A stretch of 64,000 nt of DNA from a bacterium (GTDB lineage Bacteria; UBA8248). Location: contig CBDBBI010000010.1 in assembly GCA_965202625.1 (NCBI GenBank), positions 288,001-352,000 of the forward strand. The letters are read 5' to 3'. The notes under the pieces were generated by a model that saw only the letters and a list, made by a program, of their open reading frames with translations, was not told the DNA's origin and searched no databases. A program made the position numbers and the translations under genes. This document shows positions 54,577 through 63,296 of the stretch, piece by piece; the first letter of the stretch is position 1; each line of letters begins with the position of its first letter.

Positions 54577-55446
54577 CTACGCGGATTCGGGTTGTTTCTC
54601 CTCCAGGGCGCCTGGAGTGGGCGTTCGCTCTGCTTTTCGCCATCCCGCCACCATCCAAACGGGGCCGGAGGCGGCGTAGCCGGCGAATGCGAGACAGGCG
54701 ACTACCTGGGGGATCGCCGCTGCCACGAAAAGGGCCAGCACGACGCCGACGAGAACACGGAATGGTCTTTTGAGAGGCCCACTCAGACTCTTGAGGCTCT
54801 TGTAGCGAATGGAGCTCACCATCAGAAACGCTAGAATATAGCCGAGCGCTGCAATCATGGTGAGAGGGACATAGTCTTTGAGCGAAAAATCCTCCGCTAG
54901 ATATACGATGGACGCCAGTACACCGGCCGCCGCCGGTATGGGCAACCCTCTGAAGTCCAGAGAACCGCCGCCGGCTTGGGACAACACGTTGAAGCGCGCT
55001 AGCCGCAGAGCACCGCAGGCGGCGAATATGAACGTGGCGAGCCAGCCAATTCTCCCATAAGGAGCGAGAACCCAAGTATACATCATCACGGCCGGCGCGA
55101 TGCCGAAAGCCGTCAAATCGCACAACGAGTCGTATTGAAGCCCAAAAGCACTCGTGCTCTTCGTCAATCGTGCGACGGTCCCATCGAGTCCATCCAAAAC
55201 GATGGCGAGCAAGATGGCTAGGGAGGCCCATGTGAAATCTTCTTGGATCGAGGCGACGATAGCGTAGAAGCCAGCAAAGAGGCTCCCCGTCGTCAGCAGG
55301 TTGGGGACCAGAAATATCCCCCTCTGCAGGGAGCGTCTTCTGGCGCGGCGCTTTCTCCTGCGTGAGCGACGGCTGAATTTATTCCGTGGTCGCTCGGTTT
55401 CTTGCTCGTCCAAGAATGGTTTCTCCTCCACGAACGCGCTCACCAT
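54577..55446 (-). CDS. pssA: CDP-diacylglycerol--serine O-phosphatidyltransferase
   Basis: PNLLTTGSLFAGF, DGLDGTVAR, DSLCD, ALRLARFN and F.GLPIP motifs. Confidence 0.95.
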   Translation of the reverse strand: MVSAFVEEKPFLDEQETERPRNKFSRRSRRRKRRARRRSLQRGIFLVPNLLTTGSLFAGFYAIVASIQEDFTWASLAILLAIVLDGLDGTVARLTKSTSAFGLQYDSLCDLTAFGIAPAVMMYTWVLAPYGRIGWLATFIFAACGALRLARFNVLSQAGGGSLDFRGLPIPAAAGVLASIVYLAEDFSLKDYVPLTMIAALGYILAFLMVSSIRYKSLKSLSGPLKRPFRVLVGVVLALFVAAAIPQVVACLAFAGYAASGPVWMVAGWRKAERTPTPGALEEKQPESA

Positions 55447-56035
55447 ACTCTACGGATATATCATACCCTCTAGGCAAGTAAAGGTCGGTTCGTGAGCCAA
55501 ACTGAATCAGCCCGAAGCGCTCTCCTGCACTTAAGGCGTCGCCCGCGTTGCGCCAGCAAACGATTCTGCGGGCCAGAACGCCGGCGATTTGCACGACTCT
55601 GAAATTATCCCCCGCGTTCGTTTCGATTTCTAAGGTATTTTGCTCGTTCACGTTTGAGGCGTCCTCTTTATAGGCGGCCATGAATCTGCCCTTTCGATAA
55701 TGTATGTTCGCTATTTTTCCCTCCACGGGCGATCTGTTGATGTGAACGTCCAGAGGGGAGAGAAAAATCCGCACTACGCCTCTGCCCTCCTCCGTGGAAG
55801 CGACCTCCACGATTCGGCCATCCGCAGGGGAGAGAACGGCGCCCGGCTCATCGGGCGGGGTGCGATGGGGATCTCTGAAAAAAGCGGCCACGCTCGCCGC
55901 CAGCCCAAAAGAGAGAATCGCCCATGTCCATCCCCCTAGGAAGATAGCGATGAGGCCAATGACCAACAAGCCCGACACGTAGCCCCAACCCTCTCTCGCG
56001 ATGAATGATCTGTGGGAGTCATTTTTCTTTCTCAT
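55379..56035 (-). CDS. psd: phosphatidylserine decarboxylase proenzyme
   Basis: FFRDP, SPADG, IFLSPLDVHINRSP and FGSRTD cleavage motif. Confidence 0.95.
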   Translation of the reverse strand: MRKKNDSHRSFIAREGWGYVSGLLVIGLIAIFLGGWTWAILSFGLAASVAAFFRDPHRTPPDEPGAVLSPADGRIVEVASTEEGRGVVRIFLSPLDVHINRSPVEGKIANIHYRKGRFMAAYKEDASNVNEQNTLEIETNAGDNFRVVQIAGVLARRIVCWRNAGDALSAGERFGLIQFGSRTDLYLPRGYDISVEYGERVRGGETILGRARNRATTE

Positions 56036-56037
56036 GG

Positions 56038-56571
56038 TTAATTTTTCGCGCCTTTGAGGGTTTTGGCCCCTCGGGTGAGGGCGACTTTGCCCGTGCGGGC
56101 GATCTCCTTGATGCCGAATGGATGAAGCAAATTTAAAATGGCTTGGATTTTCCCCTCGTCTCCGGTGACTTCGGTCGTCATTGTGTTGGAGGACACGTCG
56201 ACGACGCGCCCGCGGAAAACGTCGACGATTTGAAAGATGTCCGGGCGCGAGGATTTTGGTGCCGAAACCTTAATGAGAATCATCTCGCGCTCGACGCTTT
56301 CCGATTCGCCCATGTCCATCACCTTAAAGGTGTCGATGAGCTTGCTGAGGTGCTTACGGATCTGTTCGAGGATTTTTTCGTCTCCGCGCGTGACGAGGGT
56401 GATTCGAGATACGCTCGGGTCTTGCGTCACGCCCACGCAGAGGCTGTCGATGTTGTAACCCCGAGCACTGAAGAGACTCGCCACCTTCGCGAGAACGCCA
56501 AATTTGTTCTCTACCAAAACCGCTATCGTGTGCGTCTCGTTCGCGTCGATTTTGTTTGATCCTTTTGACAT
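56038..56571 (-). CDS. ilvH: acetolactate synthase small subunit, copy 1 (canonical IlvH-like)
   Basis: VENKFGVL..V..LFSARGYNIDSL, EREMILIKV and EIARTG motifs. Confidence 0.93.
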   Translation of the reverse strand: MSKGSNKIDANETHTIAVLVENKFGVLAKVASLFSARGYNIDSLCVGVTQDPSVSRITLVTRGDEKILEQIRKHLSKLIDTFKVMDMGESESVEREMILIKVSAPKSSRPDIFQIVDVFRGRVVDVSSNTMTTEVTGDEGKIQAILNLLHPFGIKEIARTGKVALTRGAKTLKGAKN

Positions 56572-57074
56572 TATGAGATGGGCTCCCAATCCGCGGGCAT
56601 CCCGTCGTAGGGGAGCGAGATCATGCCCGTGCGCGCCATTTGTGTTATCCCGTAGCTCTCGAATGCCTTGATGAGGGTTCGTACCTTATGGTCGTTGCCG
56701 CTCGCCTCGAGCGTGACGGTATCGTCGGTTACGTTGATCACCTGCGCACCGAACGCGTTGGCAAGCTGGATGACTTCGCTTCTCTTGCTGATGGGTACGT
56801 TGATCGTCGTGAGAACGAGCTCGCGCGTGACGGCCTGGTTGTAGGATATTTGCTCAACCTCGCGCACGTCGTAGAGCTTGCGGAGCTGCTTGGCGATCTG
56901 GTCGAGTTCGTTTTCCTCGCCGATGGCGACGATGACGATGCGCGTTATCTTGTTGTTCTCCGTCGGTCCGGCCGCGATGCTCTCGATGTTGTATCCGCGC
57001 CGCGTGAAGAGACCGGCCACGTGGGAGAGCACGCCCGCGTGGTTGTTGACGAGAATGGAGTAGACCTGTCTCAT
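56571..57074 (-). CDS. ilvN: acetolactate synthase small subunit, copy 2
   Basis: VNNHAGVLSHVAGLFTRRGYNIESI, RELVL and MARTG motifs. Confidence 0.92.
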   Translation of the reverse strand: MRQVYSILVNNHAGVLSHVAGLFTRRGYNIESIAAGPTENNKITRIVIVAIGEENELDQIAKQLRKLYDVREVEQISYNQAVTRELVLTTINVPISKRSEVIQLANAFGAQVINVTDDTVTLEASGNDHKVRTLIKAFESYGITQMARTGMISLPYDGMPADWEPIS

Positions 57075-58771
57075 GGCTTCGCTTCTTTCGAGGGCGGCGC
57101 GAGCTGCATCTCATCGTTTCCCGCGCCGGCTGGAACCATTGGCCAAACATTTTCCTCTTTGTTGACGATGAAGTTCAGGACGGCCGGGCCATCGTGCGCA
57201 GTCGCCGCTTCGAGCGCGTCGCGCACTTCATCCACCTCCTCGACGTGGACGCCCTTCACGCCGTAACCCTCAGCGATGGCGGCGAAGTCCGGGTTTTCCG
57301 GATAATGTGAGTGCGCGTAGCGTTTCTCAAAGAACAGCTCTTGCCATTGGCGGACCATTCCAAGATACGCATTGTTCAGGATAGCGACTTTCACGGGAAC
57401 ATTATAGGTTGCCGCTGTGGCGAGTTCGACGAGCGTCATCGCGAAACTACCGTCCCCGTCGATGAGCCAGACGTCTTTCTCCGGACGGGCGAATTTCGCA
57501 CCGATAGCGGCGGGAAGGCCAAAACCCATCGTGCCGAGTCCGCCGGAGGTAACCCACGCCCTGGGCGCGTTGAAACGGATAAACTGCGCTGCCCACATCT
57601 GGTGCTGGCCCACGCCGGTAACATAAATGCCGTCGCCTTCGGTGAGCTCCTGAATCTGATCGATCACGTATTGGGGCTTTATGGTGCCATCCGCGTCGTA
57701 TTGCAGGGGATAGTCCTTTTTCCAGCTCATGCAGGTCTCTCGCCACTCCTCGTAATCGCGGCCGCCAGGCGTCAAGCACTGATTCAACGCGACCAGCACG
57801 TCGCGCGCGTTTCCGACAATCGGAATGTGGGCGTGCACCCGCTTGTTAATCTCGGCGGCGTCGATGTCGATGTGTGCGATGACCGCTCTGGGACAAAAGC
57901 TCGATACCTTGCCCGTCACGCGGTCGTCGAACCGGGCGCCTAGATTGATGAGCAAATCGCATTCACAGAGGGCGAAATTCGCATAGGCGGTGCCGTGCAT
58001 CCCCGGCATCCCCAGGAATAAGTCGTCCGTTCCGGGAAAGCCTCCGAGCCCCAGCAACGTGTTGATGACCGGAATCCCCGCGGTTCTCGCGAATTTCGTG
58101 AGTTCGGCGGACGCTTCGGACTTGATGATGCCGGCGCCGCCGATGATGACGGGCCGCTCGGCCAGCTCCATCGCTTCGAGTAGTTTGTCGATTCCCTCTG
58201 TATCGAGTTCCGGGTGCGCTTCGGGGGTTGGAAGCGAGGCTTCTGCGGATTTTTGAGGGACGTATTCCGTTTTGGCTATTTGGATGTCCTTTGGAAAATC
58301 AAGTAAAACGGGGCCGGGGCGTCCCGTTGTCGCCACGCGAATCGCTTCGCGCGCGACACGCTGAATTTCCCGAACATCCTTGATGAGCCAGTTGAATTTG
58401 GTGACGGGAATGGAGCAGCCATACATGTCGGCTTCCTGAAAAGCGTCGGTGCCGATCATGCCGGTCGCCACTTGGCCCGTGATGGCGATGAGCGGCACGG
58501 AGTCCATCTGGGCGTTGGCGAGCCCGGTGATGAGGTTCGTGGCCCCGGGGCCGGACGTAGTGACCACAGCGGCCACCTTGCCGCTCACGCGTGCGTATCC
58601 ATCTGCCATGTGGGTGGCGCCCTGCTCGTGCCGGGTGAGAATATGGGGAAAGTCCGACTTCATGAGTTCATCGTAGAAGGGCATGATGGCGCCGCCTGGA
58701 ATGCCAAAAGCCATCTCCACGCCAGCCGCCTTCAACTCTTCAATGAGGATTTGCGATCCATTGCGCTCCAC
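57071..58771 (-). CDS. ilvB: acetolactate synthase large subunit, copy 2
   Basis: GIPGGAIMPFYD, RHEQGA, TSGPGATN, RFDDRVTG, GQHQMW and GDGSF...LNN motifs. Confidence 0.95.
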   Translation of the reverse strand: MERNGSQILIEELKAAGVEMAFGIPGGAIMPFYDELMKSDFPHILTRHEQGATHMADGYARVSGKVAAVVTTSGPGATNLITGLANAQMDSVPLIAITGQVATGMIGTDAFQEADMYGCSIPVTKFNWLIKDVREIQRVAREAIRVATTGRPGPVLLDFPKDIQIAKTEYVPQKSAEASLPTPEAHPELDTEGIDKLLEAMELAERPVIIGGAGIIKSEASAELTKFARTAGIPVINTLLGLGGFPGTDDLFLGMPGMHGTAYANFALCECDLLINLGARFDDRVTGKVSSFCPRAVIAHIDIDAAEINKRVHAHIPIVGNARDVLVALNQCLTPGGRDYEEWRETCMSWKKDYPLQYDADGTIKPQYVIDQIQELTEGDGIYVTGVGQHQMWAAQFIRFNAPRAWVTSGGLGTMGFGLPAAIGAKFARPEKDVWLIDGDGSFAMTLVELATAATYNVPVKVAILNNAYLGMVRQWQELFFEKRYAHSHYPENPDFAAIAEGYGVKGVHVEEVDEVRDALEAATAHDGPAVLNFIVNKEENVWPMVPAGAGNDEMQLAPPSKEAKP

Positions 58772-58782
58772 GGGCGAACCTC

Positions 58783-60567
58783 CTAGTTATCGGGCAAGGC
58801 GCTGAACTTGCCGCGAAGAATCTTTTTGCGACTGTCCCGAATGATCATATCTTTCGTCGCCCCGCCTGCAGGCACCATGGGGAACACCAGTTCGTCAGGG
58901 TCAACGATCACGTCTAAAATATATGGACCTGGCGTAGTGATCATTTCCTGAACAGCGGGTCTGAGGTCTTTCTTGTCCACAACCCGCCGGCCGCCGGCGC
59001 CGAACGCCTCGGCGAGCTTGACGTAGTCGGGTGAGGAGTCGAAATCCACTTCGCTGAAGCGCCTGTCCATGAACAAATCTTGCCATTGGCGAACCATGCC
59101 CAGCGTAGCGTTGTTCAGCAGGAACACTTTGACGGGGATGTCATATTGGACGGCCGTAGCGATTTCCTGCATCACCATCTGAAAGCTACCGTCGCCGGCG
59201 ATGTCGATGGCGAGCTTGTCGGGTCTCGCCAGCGCGGCGCCGATCGCCGCGGGAAAGCCAAACCCCATTGTTCCGAGGCCGCCGGAGGAGATGAACTGAC
59301 GCGGGAAGGTGAAGTTATAGAACTGGGCGGCCCACATCTGGTGTTGCCCCACCTCGGTGGTGATGATGGCCTTCTCGCCCACCTCCTCGCTTAAGGCGAG
59401 AATCGCCTCTTGAGGTTTGATCGGCGTGCCCTCTGGGGAGTCGAAGGTGAGCGGATATTCCGCTCTGAGGTTTTGTGTCCGCTTTTTCCACAAGGGGCGT
59501 TTTTGGGGCTTGACGAGTGTATTGATCTCGGCGAGCACCTGGCGCGCGTCCCCAACTACTGGAATGTCCGCGGCCTTGTTCTTGCCGATGGCCGTGGGGT
59601 CGATGTCGATGTGAATGATTTTCGCGCGGGTGGCGAATTCCGATACCTTTCCGGTGACGCGATCGTCAAATCTCGCGCCGACGGCGATGAGTAGATCGCA
59701 CTCCATGGTCGCGTAGTTGGCGTATGCCGTCCCGTGCATCCCGAGCATCCCTAAGCAGAGCGGATGGGCGCTCGGAAAGGCACCTGCGCCCAGTAGGGTA
59801 TAAGTTACGGGAATCTCCGCCGCCTCCGCCAGCTTGACGATTTCCGAATGTGCCTCTGCGTGGATGGCGCCGCCGCCCACGTAGAGCAGGGGCTGTTTGG
59901 ATTCCTTAATGGCTTCAGCCACGCGCTGAATTTGCCTGGGGTGTCCCCTCGTCGTGGGCTTGTAGCCGCGCAGCTCCACCTTTTCAGGGAGCTGGTAGTT
60001 TCCATCGCCAAGGAGGACGTCTTTGGGCAGATCGACGAGGACGGGGCCGGGCCTTCCCGTGCGCGCGATATAGAAAGCCTCCTGAATCGTCTCAGCGAGC
60101 TGGTCCGTACTCTTCACCAGATAATTGTGTTTGGTGATGGTTCTCGTCATACCCACGATGTCGGCTTCCTGGAAGGCGTCGTTGCCTACCATTGAGGTGG
60201 CGACCTGTCCCGTGAAGCACACGATGGGAATCGAATCCATATAGGCGTCTGTAATGCCCGTGATGAGGTTTGTGGCGCCCGGTCCGGAGGTGGTGAGGCA
60301 TACGCCGACTTCACCGCTGGCGCGCGCGTAGCCTTCCGCCATGTGCGCGGCGCACTGCTCATGTCGGATGAGCAAATGCTTGATTTTGCTTCTTCTGAGA
60401 AATAGGTCCAAAACCGTAAGAAGTATAGCGCCCGGGTGCCCGAAGACGTATTTCACTTCCTCACGCTCGAGGCTGCGGTAGATGATCTCAGCGCCCGGAA
60501 TTTTTTTTGGTTTCAGGTTCTGCGGTTTTTTTGAAGTGGGTTTTTTTGTTTTAGTCGCCATGGCCAT
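58783..60567 (-). CDS. ilvB: acetolactate synthase large subunit, copy 1
   Basis: RHEQ, TSGPGATN, DAFQEAD, RFDDRVTG, GQHQMW, GDGSFQM and LGMVRQWQ motifs. Confidence 0.95.
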   Translation of the reverse strand: MAMATKTKKPTSKKPQNLKPKKIPGAEIIYRSLEREEVKYVFGHPGAILLTVLDLFLRRSKIKHLLIRHEQCAAHMAEGYARASGEVGVCLTTSGPGATNLITGITDAYMDSIPIVCFTGQVATSMVGNDAFQEADIVGMTRTITKHNYLVKSTDQLAETIQEAFYIARTGRPGPVLVDLPKDVLLGDGNYQLPEKVELRGYKPTTRGHPRQIQRVAEAIKESKQPLLYVGGGAIHAEAHSEIVKLAEAAEIPVTYTLLGAGAFPSAHPLCLGMLGMHGTAYANYATMECDLLIAVGARFDDRVTGKVSEFATRAKIIHIDIDPTAIGKNKAADIPVVGDARQVLAEINTLVKPQKRPLWKKRTQNLRAEYPLTFDSPEGTPIKPQEAILALSEEVGEKAIITTEVGQHQMWAAQFYNFTFPRQFISSGGLGTMGFGFPAAIGAALARPDKLAIDIAGDGSFQMVMQEIATAVQYDIPVKVFLLNNATLGMVRQWQDLFMDRRFSEVDFDSSPDYVKLAEAFGAGGRRVVDKKDLRPAVQEMITTPGPYILDVIVDPDELVFPMVPAGGATKDMIIRDSRKKILRGKFSALPDN

Positions 60568-61021
60568 TCCCTCTCAACCAGTTGAGTTCGCTCTCATTCT
60601 GGCAATGAAGTCGATCCGAAAAAAGCCGATGATGCCGGCTGGTCGTCAACGAGAAATCAGGGGACGGCGTGCAAGGGTACACCGCCCCCCGCTTACGCCA
60701 GACTCCTTATTCCGCAACGTTTCTTCCGGACCCATATGGCCGCATTCCATATTGTAGTGTTCAGACACAAACTTGCAAAGACGGTCCAAAACATGTCTAG
60801 GCGAATTACTCCACCTTTTAATGCTTTAGGTGGGAAGCAAGAAATATTAGCGCATGTTTTCCATTCCGGGTCAAGGGGGAAACCGGACAATTTTTCATTG
60901 TAATGATCGAGCGTATTTCACCGGGCACGTCGGGTGGAATGCCGATTTTCAGTAATCTCTAATGGCTGAGGCGGGGTTCGTCGCTCACGACGCCTCAGGA
61001 TAGTAGCAAAACGCCGGATTT

Positions 61022-61228
61022 TCAGTTGTTTTCCAATGTCTTCAATTGCGTCTTGACCGCGAGTTTCTCCTTTTTGAGCGATTTGATCTGCCGTTGCTCT
61101 TCCTGGGATGGGAATCGGATGTTTTCGAGAGCGAGAATTTTTTCATCTAAAACGGCGTGGTCTTTTTTCAGGTGCGCGATTTCATTGGCCACATTCAGTG
61201 CTTCCTCCACCTTTTCGGTTGTCTCCAA
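61022..61228 (-). CDS. DUF465/YdcH family coiled-coil protein
   Basis: H..LDEKI..LE...EE....LKKEKL.VK pattern; TTG start after GGAGG. Confidence 0.8.
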   Translation of the reverse strand: METTEKVEEALNVANEIAHLKKDHAVLDEKILALENIRFPSQEEQRQIKSLKKEKLAVKTQLKTLENN

Positions 61229-61319
61229 TTCAAAACCTCCTCTGGAAGTTGAGTTCAATGGCTGGCTAGGGGTTCAGTTTCCCACGCCCTTTCGCACGCT
61301 TGACGATGAATAAGCGTTA

Positions 61320-61348
61320 AATCTACGAGATATTACGCTTGGAATCAA
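61320..61348 (-). promoter_or_regulatory. putative sigma70 promoter for the DUF465 gene
   Basis: Minus strand TTGATT, 17 nt spacer, TAGATT. Confidence 0.45.
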
Positions 61349-62106
61349 CCTTGCAGGTCCGCCCATTTGGTTTGCGCTTGCGGTTTTCGACAATAGTTTA
61401 GCGTGACGTTCGAGTCGGACGGGGAGGTTTGGTTCTCGATCGCCCTGCGAGTGAGCCATGCGGCCGCAATGGCCGAGGAATCCATTTCATGGTGGATGAT
61501 TGCCCCTCCTGAGACGCTAGGTGCAAGAGTTTCCGGCAGCTCTTCCTTTTTTCCCACGATAAGCGTATGCCCATCCTCCGGAAGGCGAAATTCGTCTCGC
61601 GTGACGATTTCATCTGCCTGGACGCGTAAAAGGCGACTTGCCAGAGGGCGCCTCGGGTTTTGGGATATTCGAAATAAGGCGGTGAACATCTCGCCATGCC
61701 TCGCGTCTCGATAGGGAAGAAAATAGTCGGGGGATTCCTGCTGCGCCCACGGTGCGTGGAGCAGGGTGTCCATCGCCATGATTTCCAAAGATGAAAAGCC
61801 GTATAGCGGGCGCTTTAAGCCCAGGGATAGTCCTTTCGCGCAAGAAAGTCCCACTCGAAGCCCGGTAAAGGTCCCGGGACCGATGCTCACCCCGATGGCC
61901 TGTATCGTCCCTGGGGAGATGTTCTTTGAATTCAAGAGTGCTGCTATTTGGGGCAAAAGCGTTTTGGAGATGCGGATTTCTTCTGTGAGAAGCGCCTCCT
62001 CCGCGTTTCCCGTTGCGCTTAGAAGCGCGCACTTTCCGCTCGGCGTCGAGGTATCGAAGGACATGATATATGAGGTTTGTGATTTCAAGGTTCGGGGTCT
62101 CATCAC
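61345..62106 (-). CDS. tsaB: tRNA threonylcarbamoyladenosine biosynthesis protein TsaB
   Basis: FDTST, IGPGTFTGLRVG..AKGL, SSLE and DAR.GE motifs. Confidence 0.9.
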   Translation of the reverse strand: MMRPRTLKSQTSYIMSFDTSTPSGKCALLSATGNAEEALLTEEIRISKTLLPQIAALLNSKNISPGTIQAIGVSIGPGTFTGLRVGLSCAKGLSLGLKRPLYGFSSLEIMAMDTLLHAPWAQQESPDYFLPYRDARHGEMFTALFRISQNPRRPLASRLLRVQADEIVTRDEFRLPEDGHTLIVGKKEELPETLAPSVSGGAIIHHEMDSSAIAAAWLTRRAIENQTSPSDSNVTLNYCRKPQAQTKWADLQG

Positions 62107-62121
62107 GCAGCCACGCGCACT

Positions 62122-62730
62122 TTAAGTGTTTTGCAAGGGATAATAAGAGAGGTGTTCCAGTTCGCTTCCCAAATCCATCTTTTTTACCTTAACATGTCGC
62201 GGCGTTTGAGTTTGGATAGCGGCGAAATTCAATGTCCCCTTGATGCCCGCGTGAACGAGCGACATCCCCACGTTTTGTGCACTTGCGCTTGGCGCGGCGG
62301 TGGTACCAATCTTGATGTCCTTCTCTTTCGTGACTCCATGCAGACTCGTCATTGGCAGTACCGTGGGGAACTGATTCAATGGACGGGGAATTTGTCGAAT
62401 ATCGTGTTGCTCTCGAAACCATGCGCTAGAAAGCCCTTGTGAGACAACAAAGCGGAGCTGAGATTTCCCACTCCGACGAGCACGACTTCCCAAGTTTGGG
62501 TCACCCCGAAATTTTTTGAGTTTGTATCTTAACCCCTTGATATAATAGCCTTTGCCCTGAAATCACCGAAGTAGGCGAGATCCTTTCTGATTTGCGCGGG
62601 CTTGAATCCGCATGGCCGCACCAAGTTGGCAGAGGTAATGGGGCTTGGCCCCGTCGCTTTTCGCCTGCTCCAAAATGCGGGCGTAAGTGGATAATCGGTT
62701 GACCATTGCCTTGGGAACCCGCACTTTCAT
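62122..62730 (-). pseudogene. rex: degraded redox-sensing transcriptional repressor Rex
   Basis: [14 protein letters not shown], then frameshifted [12 protein letters not shown], then C-terminal AP..SAQ....LV.AGIKG.LNFA...MDL..ELE.LSYY; directly downstream of atpE. Confidence 0.88.
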
Positions 62731-62874
62731 GTTTTCGCACGTCACCTTTCCGTTCCTCTGAGAATTTCGAGGTGAACGCAAAACCTGAGAAGAATGTGCG
62801 GCGTCTTGATGACGCTGAGATTCTATGCGTTTCGATGAGAAGGGCAAACGAGAGCTGCTCCAGCTCATCTCTCG

Positions 62875-62912
62875 AAAAGGGAGGAGCTTTGCGGCTCCCC
62901 CCCTTTTTCTTT
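62875..62912. terminator. intrinsic terminator after atpE (possibly bidirectional)
   Basis: AAAA-GGGAGGAGC/TTTGCG/GCTCCCCCC-CTTTTT; T-runs on both strands. Confidence 0.8.
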
Positions 62913-62929
62913 TGTGAATACTTGTTTAT

Positions 62930-63250
62930 CTAGCCAAGGATGATGATGAGGCAGATAACGAAAGTGTAGATGACGAGCGACTCAATCAGGGCGAGACCGA
63001 TGATCATCGACACGCGGAGGTCTCCGCCCGCCCCCGGGTTGCGCGCAGTGCCGTCCAAGGCGCTCGCAATGCTCTTGCTCTGGGCGAAAGCGCCAGCAGT
63101 GGCGGCGATGGCCAAGGCGAATGACGAGGAGATCATTCTCCATTTCAGAACTTCGCCGCTTCCAGCATCGCTGGCAGTGGCGGCGAACGCATTGGTGGCC
63201 ATGGCTACGAGACTGGCGAAAGTGAACCCAATCATTCCCAAACGTTTCAT
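62930..63250 (-). CDS. atpE: ATP synthase F0 subunit c with N-terminal extension
   Basis: ARNP loop and GLALIESLVIY; about 30 aa signal-like leader; GGAG RBS. Confidence 0.96.
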   Translation of the reverse strand: MKRLGMIGFTFASLVAMATNAFAATASDAGSGEVLKWRMISSSFALAIAATAGAFAQSKSIASALDGTARNPGAGGDLRVSMIIGLALIESLVIYTFVICLIIILG

Positions 63251-63296
63251 GCCTTACATCTCCTTGTTGAAGTGATTCCTGAGTGGGACGCTGTTA

